Shown: one piece after another, positions 13,011-25,804 of the stretch
Position numbering within the stretch: position 1 is the first letter of the stretch
Layout of the letters: every line of letters begins with the position of its first letter
From: Negaprion brevirostris
Taxonomy: Eukaryota
DNA: 63,934 bases
Assembly: GCA_030324005.1 (NCBI GenBank)
Contig: JARDVH010000130.1
Span: 12,792,503-12,856,436 of the forward strand
Direction: 5' to 3'
The notes under the pieces: generated by a model
The model's input: the letters and a program-made list of their open reading frames with translations, nothing else
The model's database searches: none
What the model was told of the DNA's origin: nothing
Made by a program: the position numbers and the translations under genes

Positions 13011-13324
13011 CCTCGCTAACAATGGCAAGAAGCTCATGCATACTTTACTGCCAAAGTGAAGACTAACCATTCAACTTCTTCCATTGTTTCTCCATCCTTT
13101 CCATACTCCTGAACAACCACCGCACCAACCAGTAGATGACCTGCCCCTAATACTCCCTCCGTTTCTTTCTATGGTTAAACTCTGAACTACCTAACTTTAT
13201 CTTTCAGGCTATTATGTTAGCTGAAGTTGCAAATGTTTCTCTCTCCTGAAGCAAAATGCATTCTTCCCTTCCAAAATCTGGTTATTAGCCATTACTTCAG
13301 AATGTCTTGTCATCAGAAAGTATC

Positions 13325-13465
13325 TCTGAAGGAAAGTCATACAGACTCAAATGTTAACTCTGTTTCACTCTCACAGATGCTGGCAGGGCGGTTGAGCTTT
13401 TTCCTGCATTTTCAGTTTTTATTTCAGGTTTTTAGCATCTGCAGTATTTTATTTTTATTCTTAAT
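13325..13465 (+). mobile_element. Penelope-like terminal repeat with decayed hammerhead motif
   Basis: ctctgaaggaaagtcatacagactcaaatgttaactctgtttc...acagatgctg. Confidence 0.55.
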
Positions 13466-13559
13466 CTTCTAAACTCACTAACTGCAACCGCTCTCCAAAC
13501 ATCTTTTATTCTCAAAGGCCTTTGTTACCTTGTTATTTCCTAGATTTGTGTCTATCCCT

Positions 13560-14345
13560 CTCACAACTCCTTGTTTGAATCCTTATCATTAACTTGCTCT
13601 TCCTTCTGCAGCATTAAAACCCTAAGCAAAGACTGACTGACATTCTCCATTGTTGAGACCATGGTGCCTTGTCCAATGTATTTGACCTCTTTATTGCCAT
13701 CATCACAGTTGACCGTACATCATCCACTAATACCCTTCTGCATTGTCCAGCTATGTGGCAGCACCCTCGCCTGGTTCCTCTCATACCCAATTTGATCATA
13801 ATTAAAAGATCTCTAAAAATGGCTTTGCCTCCCATTCTCATTCTACCAGCTCCCATTCTTCATCTTTCTCAAGGGTTCAGCTTCTTCACATACAGTACTT
13901 ACACTGCTGCTTCACAGTGCCCAGGACCCTGGTTCAAGTACTGGCTTGGATCACTGTCTGTGGGGTGTTTGCACATTCTCCCCATGTCCGTATGACTTTC
14001 CTCTGGGTGCTCTGGTTTCATCCCACTGTGCAAAGATGTGTGGGCTCGGTGGATTGGACGTGTTAAATTGCCCCTTAGTGTCAGAGGGACTAGCTAGGGT
14101 AAATGCATGTGGTTATGGGGATAGGACTTGGTTGGGGTTGTGGTTGCTGCAGACTCGATGGGCTGAATGGCCTCCTTCTGCACAGTAGGATGCTATGCTA
14201 TGACTAATTCTTCATCAACTCTCAGAACCCTTCCACTTTCTCTTTCATTTCAGATTATTCATTCAACATCCACTACTGGATAAATGTCAACATCTTCCAG
14301 TTAAACATTGGGAAGATATTCATCATGTGTGTCTATTACAACCCT
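13560..14345 (+). mobile_element. Highly decayed L2 RT remnant (hosts an HE1 SINE)
   Basis: FDLFIAIITVDR resembles LDLSAAFDTVDH; WINVNIFQLNIGK resembles WMxxNFLQLNxGK. Confidence 0.5.
13893..14200 (+). mobile_element. HE1-type V-SINE
   Basis: Complete head, body and tgcagactcgatgggctgaatggcctccttctgcac tail. Confidence 0.85.
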
Positions 14346-14639
14346 CCAATCTCCCAGCATAACTTTGAGTGGAAAGTTGCTGGAAATTTTGGAAAGTGGC
14401 ACAAACACCTGTTTGGATGATTTCTCAGGGATCCTCCCTGAGGTTTCCACTGGAGTTCCAGCAGCAAAATCAGGGGAACCCCAATAGCCACATCATTCAA
14501 CATGAACCACTAAGTTCCTACTCGTGTCAATAGTTGCACCACCTCCCTTGCCCCGTCACTCTCTCAGGTTGAACTCTTTGCAACAGCACAGCTTGTAATC
14601 TTGGTCTCTTAGTTAGCTCTTAATTGAGACATGAATGAG

Positions 14640-15260
14640 GGTTTCAACAATGATGAGCTGAAGTAAGGCATAATTGTGATGGTATTGTCATGGATATAGG
14701 CAGCCTTAATGACAGTGTAGACATGTTACTGAAAGCTAAATTAGAGACAAATACTCTGACCTCACCCACAGTTGGGATTCTCCAGTCCTGCTGCAGTGAA
14801 TGGAAACTGGGCTCAGCACCAAATTCTCCATTTTTGCTGGTAGGGTAGCGAGGTGTATGAGACTGGAGAATTCCGGCCAAGTGGTCTGGTTCAGTCCCAG
14901 GTAGCTGCTGGGAGAGGGGTAGAGTCAGTAGGTGGAAAAGGGCTTTGTGGTAGGGACCAAAGACGATGGATTCCATCTTCCCAACATTTAGTTGGACAAA
15001 ATTTCTCTTCATCCAGTACTGGATAGTGCACAAACCGTCTGATAATTTAGCAACAGTTGAGAAATCCAGGAAGGGGGTAATATGATAGGGTTGCACCTCA
15101 TCAGCATTAATATGGGAACCACAAGTTGTGCCTTTAGATGTGGTCACCAAAGAGTAGAATGTAGATAAAAAAAGAGAGCACCAAGGATAGTTCCCTAGAG
15201 GACACAAGAAATGTGGGACCGGGAAGCAAAGCCATTGAGGTGATACTCTGGCTATGATGG
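14640..15260 (-). mobile_element. L2 RT remnant with an inserted MITE (14753-14878)
   Basis: Peptide HINADEVQPY...IQYWMKRNFVQLNVGKMESIVFGP; MITE ends ggagaattccggcc. Confidence 0.7.
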
Positions 15261-16119
15261 CAATGATAACATTTAAATTGTCCTATGATCCATACCCGAG
15301 AATAGTAATCAATAAATGGATTCAGTTTCTATACCTCACACTGGTCTGTGAGGACACTGGACACATTAGCAAAATTTAAACCTGATAACAGCTCAATCTA
15401 CTCAGCTGAAAAGATTCATGTTTGTAGCTTCCTACATGAAAGAATTTATTTCGTAGACTTTTCTGAGGTAAAAACTGAGCCTACAGCTTTAAGCAACAGG
15501 TGTAACCATGGCAACTCCTTCATCCTGTGAAGCAAACCTGTATAATTTGCTCGTGGCTTCGCCTTTTCTAAATACGCAATCTCTTTTGCTCAGAATAAAC
15601 ATTATACTGGAACAGATTCTTATAATATCCACCGTAAGTAAAACAGCATGAATAGCAGAAGTAAAAGAAAGGNNNNNNNNTTCACCAAGAAAAAATGCCT
15701 TCATTGGTTGGGTGTAGGTTTAAATCTGAAATCAGGCTTGATTTTGGTGCTCATGATCAGCAGGAATTAGCTTGAGGACAATGCAGGAAAACAGAACAAG
15801 GTTAAAATCAACCCCCAATTTAGTGCAAAAAATAAAGGGCCAAATGGTTTCTGCCCTGTTTAAAAAAATTCCATTCACCTAGCTGGTTTTTACATCCCTT
15901 ACTATCAACTTGCATGTTTGAAGATATTTTATTATTAGAATGTTTTCAATCTGTTTTGATAAATCAGATATGTAACGCTTGATAATAAAATAAGAATCTT
16001 GTACCGTACGCACCTGTCACATATACTTGTCTCAGGCAGTGGCACAAAACAGATGGTATAGTTGACTACCCATTACAAACAGTGCTGATATTGAATTCCA
16101 TTGGCTACAATGACACTGA

Positions 16120-17053
16120 GGGCCCTATTTCACCATTTTGATTCTAAGTGCTGGGTGGGAGTGTTTCAGATCCAACTTTTGAACCCGTTCTCAGGCGTCT
16201 CCATATACACACTGCCTGAAAAAATATCGGCAATTTCAAATCGTTCTGCAGAAGGTAGGAGGGGCTTAACACACCTGAAACTCTGCAGCTCCAATTGGTG
16301 CCTCCAACTGCACATGTGCAGAAGGAAAAAATGATTGGATGCAGCTCCCCTACCAAATCTCTCCCAGGCTGGCTAGTGCCTCCCCCTGATCCCCAGTGAC
16401 ATAGCACCACCGCCCCCCCCAACATTACTGACTCCCTTATCCTGTCACACAGATCAATCGCAGGCCCCTCCCCCATACTGATCTCAGGCAAAATTGCAGC
16501 AGACTTTCCTCCCTCACCCCACCCCTCCTCCTGATTTCAGGTAGAGTGGCCACAGACCACCCCCGTCCCACCCACTGATCTCAAGCAGAGTGTCAGTGGA
16601 CCCATCACCCGTCACTGATCTCAAGCAGAGGGGCAGTGGACCCATCACCCGTCACTGATCTCAAGCAGAGGGGCAGTGGATGCCCCCTTCCCCCCACCTC
16701 CACCAATCTCAAGCAGAGAGTTGTCGGATGCTCAGCAATTACCTTTTCACTAACTGCAGCACCCGAATCAGACTTATGTGGAGCATACCTGTTTTATGCC
16801 GATTCTGGATGGGTAAAGGGAGAAGTGCCAGTAAGGTTGGGTGTGCAGCCCATTAAGTTAATTTAAATGCATGCAAATACATTTAAATGGCCACCATGGC
16901 TGTTTTGGGTATAGTCCCAACCGTAGCCATTTTTGGTAAAAGGGGAATCGACGCGGAGGTGGGCACTGATTGTGCCACTTGCCTCACACCCGACTTTACC
17001 AAACTTTTACACCTGAAAATGGGTGCAATGCGATGGTAAAAAGAATCGGGCCC
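16120..17053. mobile_element. 934-bp non-autonomous DNA transposon, PIF/Harbinger-like
   Basis: GGGCCC termini with imperfect terminal inverted repeats (gggccctatttcaccat / atggtaaaaagaatcgggccc) and an exact TGA duplication at 16117-16119 and 17054-17056. Confidence 0.75.
16477..16720 (+). repeat. 40-bp minisatellite inside the transposon
   Basis: cactgatctcaagcagag... units start at 16573, 16613 and 16653, with diverged units on either side. Confidence 0.85.
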
Positions 17054-17108
17054 TGAATAACAAGGGCTGTGTAAAACAGGCGACAGATCCAATATTGCCA
17101 CTTAACAA

Positions 17109-17392
17109 GGCGGCACAGTGGTTAGCCCTGCTGCCTCACACCACCAGGGACCTGGTTCGATTCTCGGCTTGGGTGACTGTGTGGAGTTTGCACAATGTCT
17201 GCGTGGGTTTCCTTCAGGTGCTCCGGTTTCCTCTTTCAGTCTGGAAGACACACTGGTTAGGTGCATTGGCCATGCTAAATTCTCCCTCAGTGTACCCAAA
17301 CAGGTACCGGAGTGTGGCGACTTGGAGATTTTCACAGTAACTTCATTGTGGTGTTAATGTGACCCTACTTGTGACACTAATAAATAAACTTT
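17109..17392 (+). mobile_element. V-SINE with alternative 3' tail
   Basis: ggcggcacagtggttagccctgctgcctcac head; tail ttctccctcagtgtacccaaacagg...ttttcacagtaac...cttgtgacactaataaataaac. Confidence 0.85.
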
Positions 17393-17589
17393 TAACGCCA
17401 CCAGTTTATGCCAAAGGTTTTCAAATTTCTTGTACTTCAAATTACAAATAGCTTATGAAAAGTCATAGGAATGTTTTATCGTAGGGATGCTTGATCTTTC
17501 AACTTAAGGATTCAGGGCAGCATGATTCCGATAGTAAAATAATTTGTTGTTATCCTATTCAATAAATGGTTGTTCTTTGCTATTGAGTT

Positions 17590-18420
17590 TACCTCACTGT
17601 CAACCATTGTTACATGTAATGGTATTATGTGTATATTCCATGGGGCCCATTCCACTAGCCCTGATTTTAAACTCCATCTATCCTAACCCAAAATCATGGA
17701 ATCTGGCACACCTTACCCTCTGATTTCAGCTTCTCTGCTGTTTGGCCATTCACAACCTCTATTGTCTCTATGGACTTCCATTAGCATCTCTTAGCCTTTC
17801 CCCTTGTTTTTGTGGCTGTGATTCATCTTTCATTCACTCACCCTACAGTATAAAAATCTCTCACTTTCTATGCCTTTTAACTGTGACAAAAGGGACATCT
17901 GGCCTCAAAAATGTCAGTTCTTTTCTCTCCTTACAGATGCTGCCAGACCTGCTGAGATTTTCCAATGTTTTCTCTTTTGGTTTCCAATCTCATCCCAAAT
18001 CTTAGGGACAGGCTCACTTGCACAATTAACATCAGTACATTAGAAGCAAAATACTGTGGATGCTGAAAATCTGAAAAATCAAACAGAAAATGTTGGAAAA
18101 ACCCAGCAGATCCAGCAGCATCTGTGGAAGGAGAAACAGAGTTAATGTTTTGATTCTGTATGACTCTTCTTCAGAGCTAAAGAGAGGGAGAAATGTGATA
18201 GATTCTATGCTGTCTAAAAGGGGTGGAGCAGCTGAGGCAGTGTAGACAGACAGTGATAGCTGGGAACTAGGAGGGATTACAACAAAGATGCATAGGGCAT
18301 GAAATAGAGGAAATGTTAATGGCAGGGTGAAGGGCTAGAGAATGTGCTAATAGTGACATAAAGGTAAGGTAGCAGAATGTGTTAATGGGAGAATAAAGGG
18401 CAGTGCTTAGTGAAAGTCCC
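17590..18420. mobile_element. Two Penelope-like fragments in opposite orientation (17590-17985 +, 18043-18420 -)
   Basis: acagatgctgccagacctgctgagattttcca on +, its near reverse complement at 18090-18180; each carries a hammerhead-like motif. Confidence 0.6.
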
Positions 18421-18499
18421 CCTCCCCTTTCCCCACTGGGCCATCTGTCACTTGTCCTTTATTTTTGCTTTCAGTTTTTTGTTTTCACAGATTGTTTGA

Positions 18500-18640
18500 A
18501 TAAAAACAATGTGCAGGGGTACGGGGAAAAGGTAGGGGAATGCTGCCAAGTCATATGCTCATTTGGCGAGCTGGTTCAGACGCAACGGGCCAAATGGGTT
18601 TCCGTTTGCGCTGTCTTGATTCTGTGGTCGATTCTGTGAT
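18500..18640 (+). mobile_element. CR1 3' tail
   Basis: gtgcaggggtacggggaaaagg...gggccaaatgg...gattctgtgatt. Confidence 0.65.
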
Positions 18641-19029
18641 TCATGCCTGGTATCAGCAGCTCAGAGAGGACAATGAGTGAAATTTCCAGGTATGTCCAGA
18701 AGCTCTCCTAGACACATCCTGTTGACATTAAGATAGAGAAGAAAGATCTGTACAACTCTGCTCCCTGCACCCAAAAAAAATCAAGATGATTGGAATGAAG
18801 CTCCAATATACCCATGTTCTACCCCCAGTTCTAAGCAGAAATCTAGCTTTCAGGTCCTGTCTAGCCCCCATGAATTTCAATGTCAAAACTGCAAAAACAT
18901 GGTCATCTACAAAATGTCAGCACTTTATGGCAAAGGGAACATCTGCCCATAACAGTAAATCCTCAATAGGCATTACCATCAACTGAGGGTGTGTGCCAGA
19001 AGTGCGCACTTGTTAAATCTATAGCCTAG

Positions 19030-19114
19030 GGGTGGGATTTTATGGCCTCGCTTCAGCAAGACTGTTGTCCACCTCCCCCATTCTGTGGTGGCTGGGGTGG
19101 TAGAGTTCCGGCGC
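19030..19114. mobile_element. MITE (Harbinger-like) with TAG duplication
   Basis: tag|gggtgggatttta...agagttccggcgc|tag. Confidence 0.65.
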
Positions 19115-20994
19115 TAGTGTTTAATATTAAGCCAAGTTTAAAATTTAAACGTAATTGAGATTCCACACAGCTGCAAATTAAACAAGCTGCATACCATTCA
19201 ATGAGGAAACTTTCATCAATATATGTTAGAAACGTGATTATGGCAGGGACTCGACCAATCAAATTCAGTTAACATTGATAGGTGTGGAAAATATACTTCA
19301 GAGGACAATGGATTATGTGATTGGGCAATTTCAGTGAAATCTGTCGGGGCTTGTGGGGGGGTGGGGGGGTAGGGGAGTTATCCAGGAACATCTTTAGACA
19401 TGAAATTTGCAATTTGTTACATAGCTACACAGGTTCGTTTGCAAACCTCTTGGAAATTGGAAGGCAAATGGTGATTAGAGAGAAAAAGTGACAACCTCAC
19501 TCTCCAAAGCTCAGTGCAGTCCTCCCTTTCTGAAGTCTCCAGGTTCCCCACTACTGCTGGCCGGTTGTCTTTGAAGTAGAACAGAAGCAGCACCAAATTG
19601 CCAAACANNNNNNNNNNAAAATCAACATTTCCTGATATTTATTTATTCCTTCTCCCTCTATCCTCCAACTATATGCCAAGCTCCATGTACAAGTCACCTC
19701 TGACCCTCTGTGGTGATACTTTGAAAGCTTCTCATTCATTACGTGTTGGTCTGACCTGGGCTAAAACATTTACTTTTCGCTTTGACTGGACTGTAGCAGA
19801 ACGCCACACACAAGGACATTATTAACACTTAAACTGTCAGTGGCAAAGTTCCCAATTACTCTATTTCTCCAGAGTTTTTGCCAAAGTTACAACAGGAAAT
19901 ATTGCCACAGTGGCTTCACTGACTTTGCCCTAGTGTCTGGTAACGGGAGGGGGGACGGGGGCCGGCAGGAATCATTTAGGCTGTTTTGTGCTATTTGCTT
20001 TTGGTTGCCCTAAACAGAACTCTGCCGAATGATAGAATAATACAATGTAATTGAGATATGGCCATTTCAATTGTGCAAAGCTCAGTCAAAGTAATTTCTT
20101 TGCCTTGGGCTTCAAGATACGACTGAACACACAGAAACTATTTCACTCAAGCATTTTTATTTGCTCCCAGATCTGAAGAAACTACAGTATAAAGAAATGA
20201 CACTATAGATCCATCCTACTACTTAAACATGCAGCAACAGCACCTCATTAAAAATTAATCGATTACAAAAATTGAAGATCCATATCCTTTTACAATGACA
20301 AAAAGCCCACTGGCACTTTTTCCTACATTTTATTTATCCTAGATTTTGCAAGGATAACTTATAAAGCTTTTTATTAATTTGGTTTATCAGCCTGCACATA
20401 ATAATGAAATTCAGCTGCATAGATGTGTGCTGAAATATGTATGAGATTATTATAATTTCAGGTGCGGTCATATTAAATGTAATGATATCAATAGGGATTT
20501 ATACTTCAATATGAATTGAGTTAATTCAGATCCAATACTTCCTATTCACAGCTCTTAACTAAAGAGTATAACTAAATAATTATATTAAAATTCTAGTTTC
20601 TACGTATCATGTGTAACGCATCTCCCAACTTATGCCATATCCATTACAGCTACTCCATCATGTTAGAGTTAGCGATTGCTTTACATATGTTGTTACAAGA
20701 ATTGTTAAGTGCATGCATTGCTTCTTGAAATACTACCAGGAATGTGCCACACACTGTCTCACCCATATGCAATTGGTCTTTCAGGGAAGTCCCATTCAGT
20801 GTTGACAAAAGCACGTGCACCTTGCCAGGAGGAAAACTGCCCTGATGATTCTCTGCCACCCTCCCCCCCCACCCCAATTACTGCCNNNNNNNNNNTATTA
20901 ACCATGAGCCTCATTTAAATGGTGCCAAACCAGCTTCCTGCCTGAACTGGGATAGAAGAATTGAGGGGCAGAGCAGCTGTTGCCAGGAGACAGC

Positions 20995-21605
20995 GGCATG
21001 GTAGTATTGTCGCTAGACTAGTAATCCAGAAACCCAGATTCTGCTCTGAGGACGCAGGTTCAAATCACACCATGGCAGATGTTGATATCTGAATTCAATA
21101 AAAATCTGGAATTAAAAGTCAAATGATGAACACAAAACCATTGTTGATTGTTGTAAAAACCCATCCGGTTCACTGAAGTTAAAGTTTATTTATCAGTGTC
21201 ACAAGTAGGCTTACATTAACACTGCAACAAAGTTACTGTGAAATCTCCTAGTCGCTACACTCCGGCGTCTGTTCGGGTACACAGAGGAAGAATTTAATAT
21301 TGCCAATGCACTTAACCAGCACATCTTTTGGACTGTGGAAGAAGACCAGAGCACCAGAGGAAACCCACACAGACAAGGAGAGAACATACAACTTCCACAG
21401 AAGCAGTCACCCAAACTGGGAATCGAATCCAGGTCCCTGGCACTGAGGGGCAGCACTAATGTGCTTTTAGGGGAGGAAACCTGTTATTCTTATCTGGTCT
21501 GGTCTACATGTGGTTGACTCTCAAAATGCCACTCTGTTTGATGGCAATTCGGGACCAACAAGTGCTGGCCTTGCCAGCAACACCCATATCCCATGAAAGA
21601 ATAAG
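20995..21605 (+). mobile_element. Family-B SINE containing a minus-strand alternative-tail V-SINE (~21178-21455)
   Basis: Host ggttcact|...|cactaatgtgcttttagggg is split by the insert. Confidence 0.8.
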
Positions 21606-21611
21606 GAAACA

Positions 21612-22127
21612 GTGCAAAATGGTTTATAGTGGAGCTCCTTAGCGGTCAGTACTGAGATCCTTGCTCTTCCTGATATATATGAATGGCCTAGACTGTGTTG
21701 TGCAGGGCAGGATTACAAAACTTGCAGATGATACGAAAATTGGAAAGACTGTCAGCTGTGATGCGGATAGCAGTGAACTTCAAAAGGATATGTTGGTAGA
21801 TTGGACAGACAAGTGGTCGATGAGGTTCAAAGCAAAGAAGTGTGAAGTGATTCACTTTGGCAGGAAGAAATATGGAATGACAGTACAAAATAAAGGGAGA
21901 AACAAAAGGACGTCAGTGTAAAATTCTTTGAAGCTTGAGACTGCAGTTAATAAAGCATAAAGTAGCTTAGGATTTATTAACAGAGGCGCTGAGTACAAGA
22001 ATAGGGGTGTCATGTTGAATTTGTGTAAGACACTAGTTAGGCTCCTCACAGACAGTGACCCAAGGCTAGAATCGAACCAAGGTCCCTGGCACCATGAGGC
22101 AGCAGTGCTAGCCACTGTGCCACCATG
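21612..22127 (+). mobile_element. CR1 RT fragment followed by a minus-strand V-SINE head (22045-22127)
   Basis: LFLIYMNGLD...TKLADDTKIG...WTDKWSMRFKAKKCEVIHFGRK. Confidence 0.85.
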
Positions 22128-22775
22128 CCAGCAACAAAGAATTGGTTGGGATCTCGGTGGGGGAGTAACCTGCTCGTTTTTAAACTGTCCGCCAGCCTGG
22201 TTTCTGCACAGTCAATAGGGTTAAACTGCTTAGGATCAGTATTTAAAGAGAGGAACATGGTTTCTAAGTGTTTGGATTTGAACTGTTATTTGAGAATAAT
22301 GTTGAGGTGTGATCTTTTCCAGCTCAATTTTCTGTTGCAGGTTTTCTTTGCCTCTTTTAAAGTGCTTTGGCTAAAATATTTTTAATGATCTGGTTAGAAT
22401 GTGCATGACTGGCAGATACCAACAACGTCATTTTTTAAAAAAACAGCATCTTATCAGACACGTAAGAAGCAAACTCTGTTCACGACCATTCTTACCGACA
22501 TCCTCACATCTACACTCAAAAGCACATGTCCATGGCATGTCATGGAAAAACTGTCACTTCAAGTTGTCCTTCACTTGAGAGGAACTGAAAAGAGTTTTGC
22601 CAACTCCTGAAAACTGGCTTCCACTCCCAGACAACACTGCCAGTGGCTGTCACAATCATTACTGTCAAAGATCTTTGTAGGCTTGTTTGAGGTTGCCACA
22701 GTGAAGATTACTCAATGCACGATGTGTCAAACAGGAGCTTGCATTCTTTACCAAGATAAGCAATTATTTTAAATT

Positions 22776-23015
22776 TAAGAAGAGTCATTCGACTGGAAAC
22801 GTCAACTCTGGCCAGAATTCTCTGATGTCGTCCACCCCGCCACCACTGCCTGCAAGAATATAGCATTCAGCCAACGCTCCACTCACAGCCACGTGTGAGG
22901 TAGGAGAATCCTGGCCTCGGTTTCTCACTCTACAGATGCTGCCCAACCTACTGACTTATTCCAGCATTTTCTGCTTTTATTTAAGATTTTCACATTTGCA
23001 ATATTTTGCTTTTAT
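22776..23015 (+). mobile_element. Penelope-like terminal repeat interrupted by a MITE (22810-22916)
   Basis: aagaagagtcattcgactggaaacgtcaactct|ggccagaattctc...gagaatcctggcc|tcggtttctc...acagatgctgcc. Confidence 0.65.
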
Positions 23016-23592
23016 TTAAGTAATGATATCGCATTGTTCCATGACAAAATGAGAGGTGTCGTATGCTCTCCGCTTAATAGGATTCCCAAAACCCAGAGTG
23101 GAATGCCCATTTGACTTAATGGTGCTGGCAAACAAGTCCACCAATGAGTCCATAAAGTGAGATGCTCACTTCAAGACAGCAGCAAAGATGGCCGGATTAC
23201 AAAGGTACCCAGACTGGCAGGGTTATTTGAGAAAGGTTTGCTGCTGGGTAGCCAATGCTACCCGCCTGAGCCCTTGCTCATGACAGTCATGAAGAACAAC
23301 AGAGTGCACTCACATTGAGATGATAAGCTACCAGTGTTTTAAATGCTCAAACAGACATAGGGAGCCCTACAAAGCAGCTTGGAGAAAAACTCAAAAACAT
23401 CATGCTAGGCTCATGTTGCATAAACTTTGTCATTTCAAGAACGGCTATAAATCTGGGAGCTCCCCAGTCCTCCAGCCACATCCAGGAGGACACTAGATTG
23501 AGTTAAGAAAATATTTAGATGGCTTTCATGGTTGAAGTATTCACCTAAATGTCTCACCCGGCCAATGCATTAGATTCCTCTGTACATTTGTC

Positions 23593-23822
23593 AGCGTTGG
23601 ACTGGGGTAAGCACAGTAAGAAGTCTTACAACACCAGGTTAAAGTCCAACAGGTTTATTTGGTAGCATAAGTCACAAGCTTTTGGAGCACTGCCCCTTCA
23701 TCATGTGAGTGAGAGAGTTGTGACAACTCCCACTCACCTGATGAGGAGGTTGTGTTTCAAAAGCTTATAGCTTGTGCTATCAAATAAACCTACTGGACTT
23801 TAACCTGGTGTTGTGAGACTTC
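23593..23822. mobile_element. Fold-back element: two inverted Penelope-type repeats, each with a decayed hammerhead motif
   Basis: Arms ~23610-23720 and ~23722-23822 are reverse complements around the centre gagttgt-g-acaactc. Confidence 0.75.
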
Positions 23823-25804
23823 CATCTGCACCATGTCATGGGGGCTACATACAGCTGATCTAAAACATGCTTCTTCACCCACACAGATTCCCTTCCTTTC
23901 GTCTGCTAATAATCATACATTATCTCAAGAATTCTGCTGGGTGCCAGTAAAGTAAGTTGCAACTGAATTTAACTTTTTACAAGTGCTTTTAGATATGTGT
24001 CTTGTGTTTTTCATGCTGGTGTTTCCCTTGTTGTCAGTATGTGTTCAAAAACCTAACCCATTTCTATGTTCTTAGAGAAAGAGCAACAGGAAGCAGAAGG
24101 CCATTCAGCCTATTCTGCCAGTCAGCAGGATTGTGGTTGATCCGTAACCTAAATACTTTTACCTGTCTTAGCTCCATATTCCTTAACACACATGACTACC
24201 GAGAATCTATTAATTTCAGGCTGTTAATTTTATCAACATCCTTTTTTTGTGGGAGAGACTATCACCATCTCTGGGCTTCACCAAAGACTGTCTACATGAA
24301 AATCCTACATGGAAAGGCTGTCTACTTGGAAAACCCTTAGATTTATTAGTCTTGGATCATAAGGTCTTCCAGCCAGTTTACAAATGGCCTACTTGTGTTG
24401 CTGAAATGGCTATTTGTTCGTATTCATTTTCTGGCACATGATCTGAAACATATGTTCATACTGACCTACTGAGGAGGGATGGTACGCTCTTTGTTTTGTA
24501 TTATTACACAAAAAGATATATCATTTGAACTAAGTAAATCTGCTCATACGTGATTTATGGTCAACCCATTGCAAGCTAGCAAAAGGATCATTAAAATAGT
24601 GACTGCCAAGGAGTATGGAAGAAGCTGCATTAGAATATGAACTTAAATTTCCACTTTCTAGCTATTAATTTGAAGACTGCATTTGATTTTGAATCTTCAC
24701 ATGCAATCATACAGCAGATTGACTAAGCTAAATAGCCAAACTCATGACAAGAATACATTTAAAAGATTCTCATATAAAAGTCTAGAATTGAAAAGCCTTT
24801 CTGCAGATTTGATCTTGCTCCAACTCTTTTTGAAATATTTACAAACAACCTGCTTCCATTGATTTCTGAGTGGTTCAAGCATGCAGAGGATACCTGCCTA
24901 GCTTCAAGATACTCCGACTGTAAAACTTGTGGATAATCTGAATGACAATTTATCATCCATCAGCAACTAATACAAAATGTAGATATTTAAACCCACTGTG
25001 GCAAGAGAGAGCTTCATGCTTCAATGTCACATCATGCTTTAACCTTCATCACAAAAATATAAGAAATAGGAGCAAGTATAAGATGTACAGCCCTAGAAGC
25101 TTCTCCATCATACCCACATCCCTTGGTTCTCTGATTACTAAAAATGTGATAACCTCAATCTTGAACATACTTATCAACCCAGTATCCATAGATTGACATT
25201 CATCAGTAAAGAATTCTAAAGCATGAAGAAATTCCTCCTCATCTCAGTTCTAAATGGCCAACTCCCTATTCTTTACGGGCTCTAGTGTGCATCCCTACAA
25301 TCAGTAGCATCTTCACCACCATGCCTTCTAAAGATTGATTAGTGTTTATGGATGTTACTCCTCTGCAATGCAATGGGTTCATGATCTCACCCAGATCATA
25401 CAATGATCTACAAGGACATAAAGGTAGTCTCCATTTTAGCTGATCTGTAATCCCTACTGCAAATATTCACAACCGCCTGTGGCTCTGCATTAATAAGACA
25501 TAATGTATACCTTATGATTTGGACATTTAGCCAAGTAATCAACCTATTTAACTGTTAGGACCCAGGTTAGATAAAGGCTTGTGCAGAACTGTGTATGTAG
25601 TTGTTGCTAGGAATATGTTTCATGTAATTATGTTCAATCAGAACATATGTCATTCTCTTTGGGTGGCACAGTGGTTAGTATTGCTGCCTCACAGTGCCAG
25701 GGACCCGGATTCGATTCCCAGCTTGGGTCACTGTCTGTGTGAAGTTTGCACATTCTCCCATGTCTGCATGGGTTTCCTCCGGATGCTCTGGTTTCCTCCC
25801 ACAG

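Noticed and set aside
16573-16700. Regular 40-bp repeats that could suggest a CRISPR array
   Set aside because: Head-to-tail tandem units with no unique spacers, vertebrate context, no cas genes.
25661-25730. tRNA-like A/B boxes at the start of many repeats
   Set aside because: They are SINE heads that continue into SINE bodies; no complete cloverleaf, so no tRNA genes are called.
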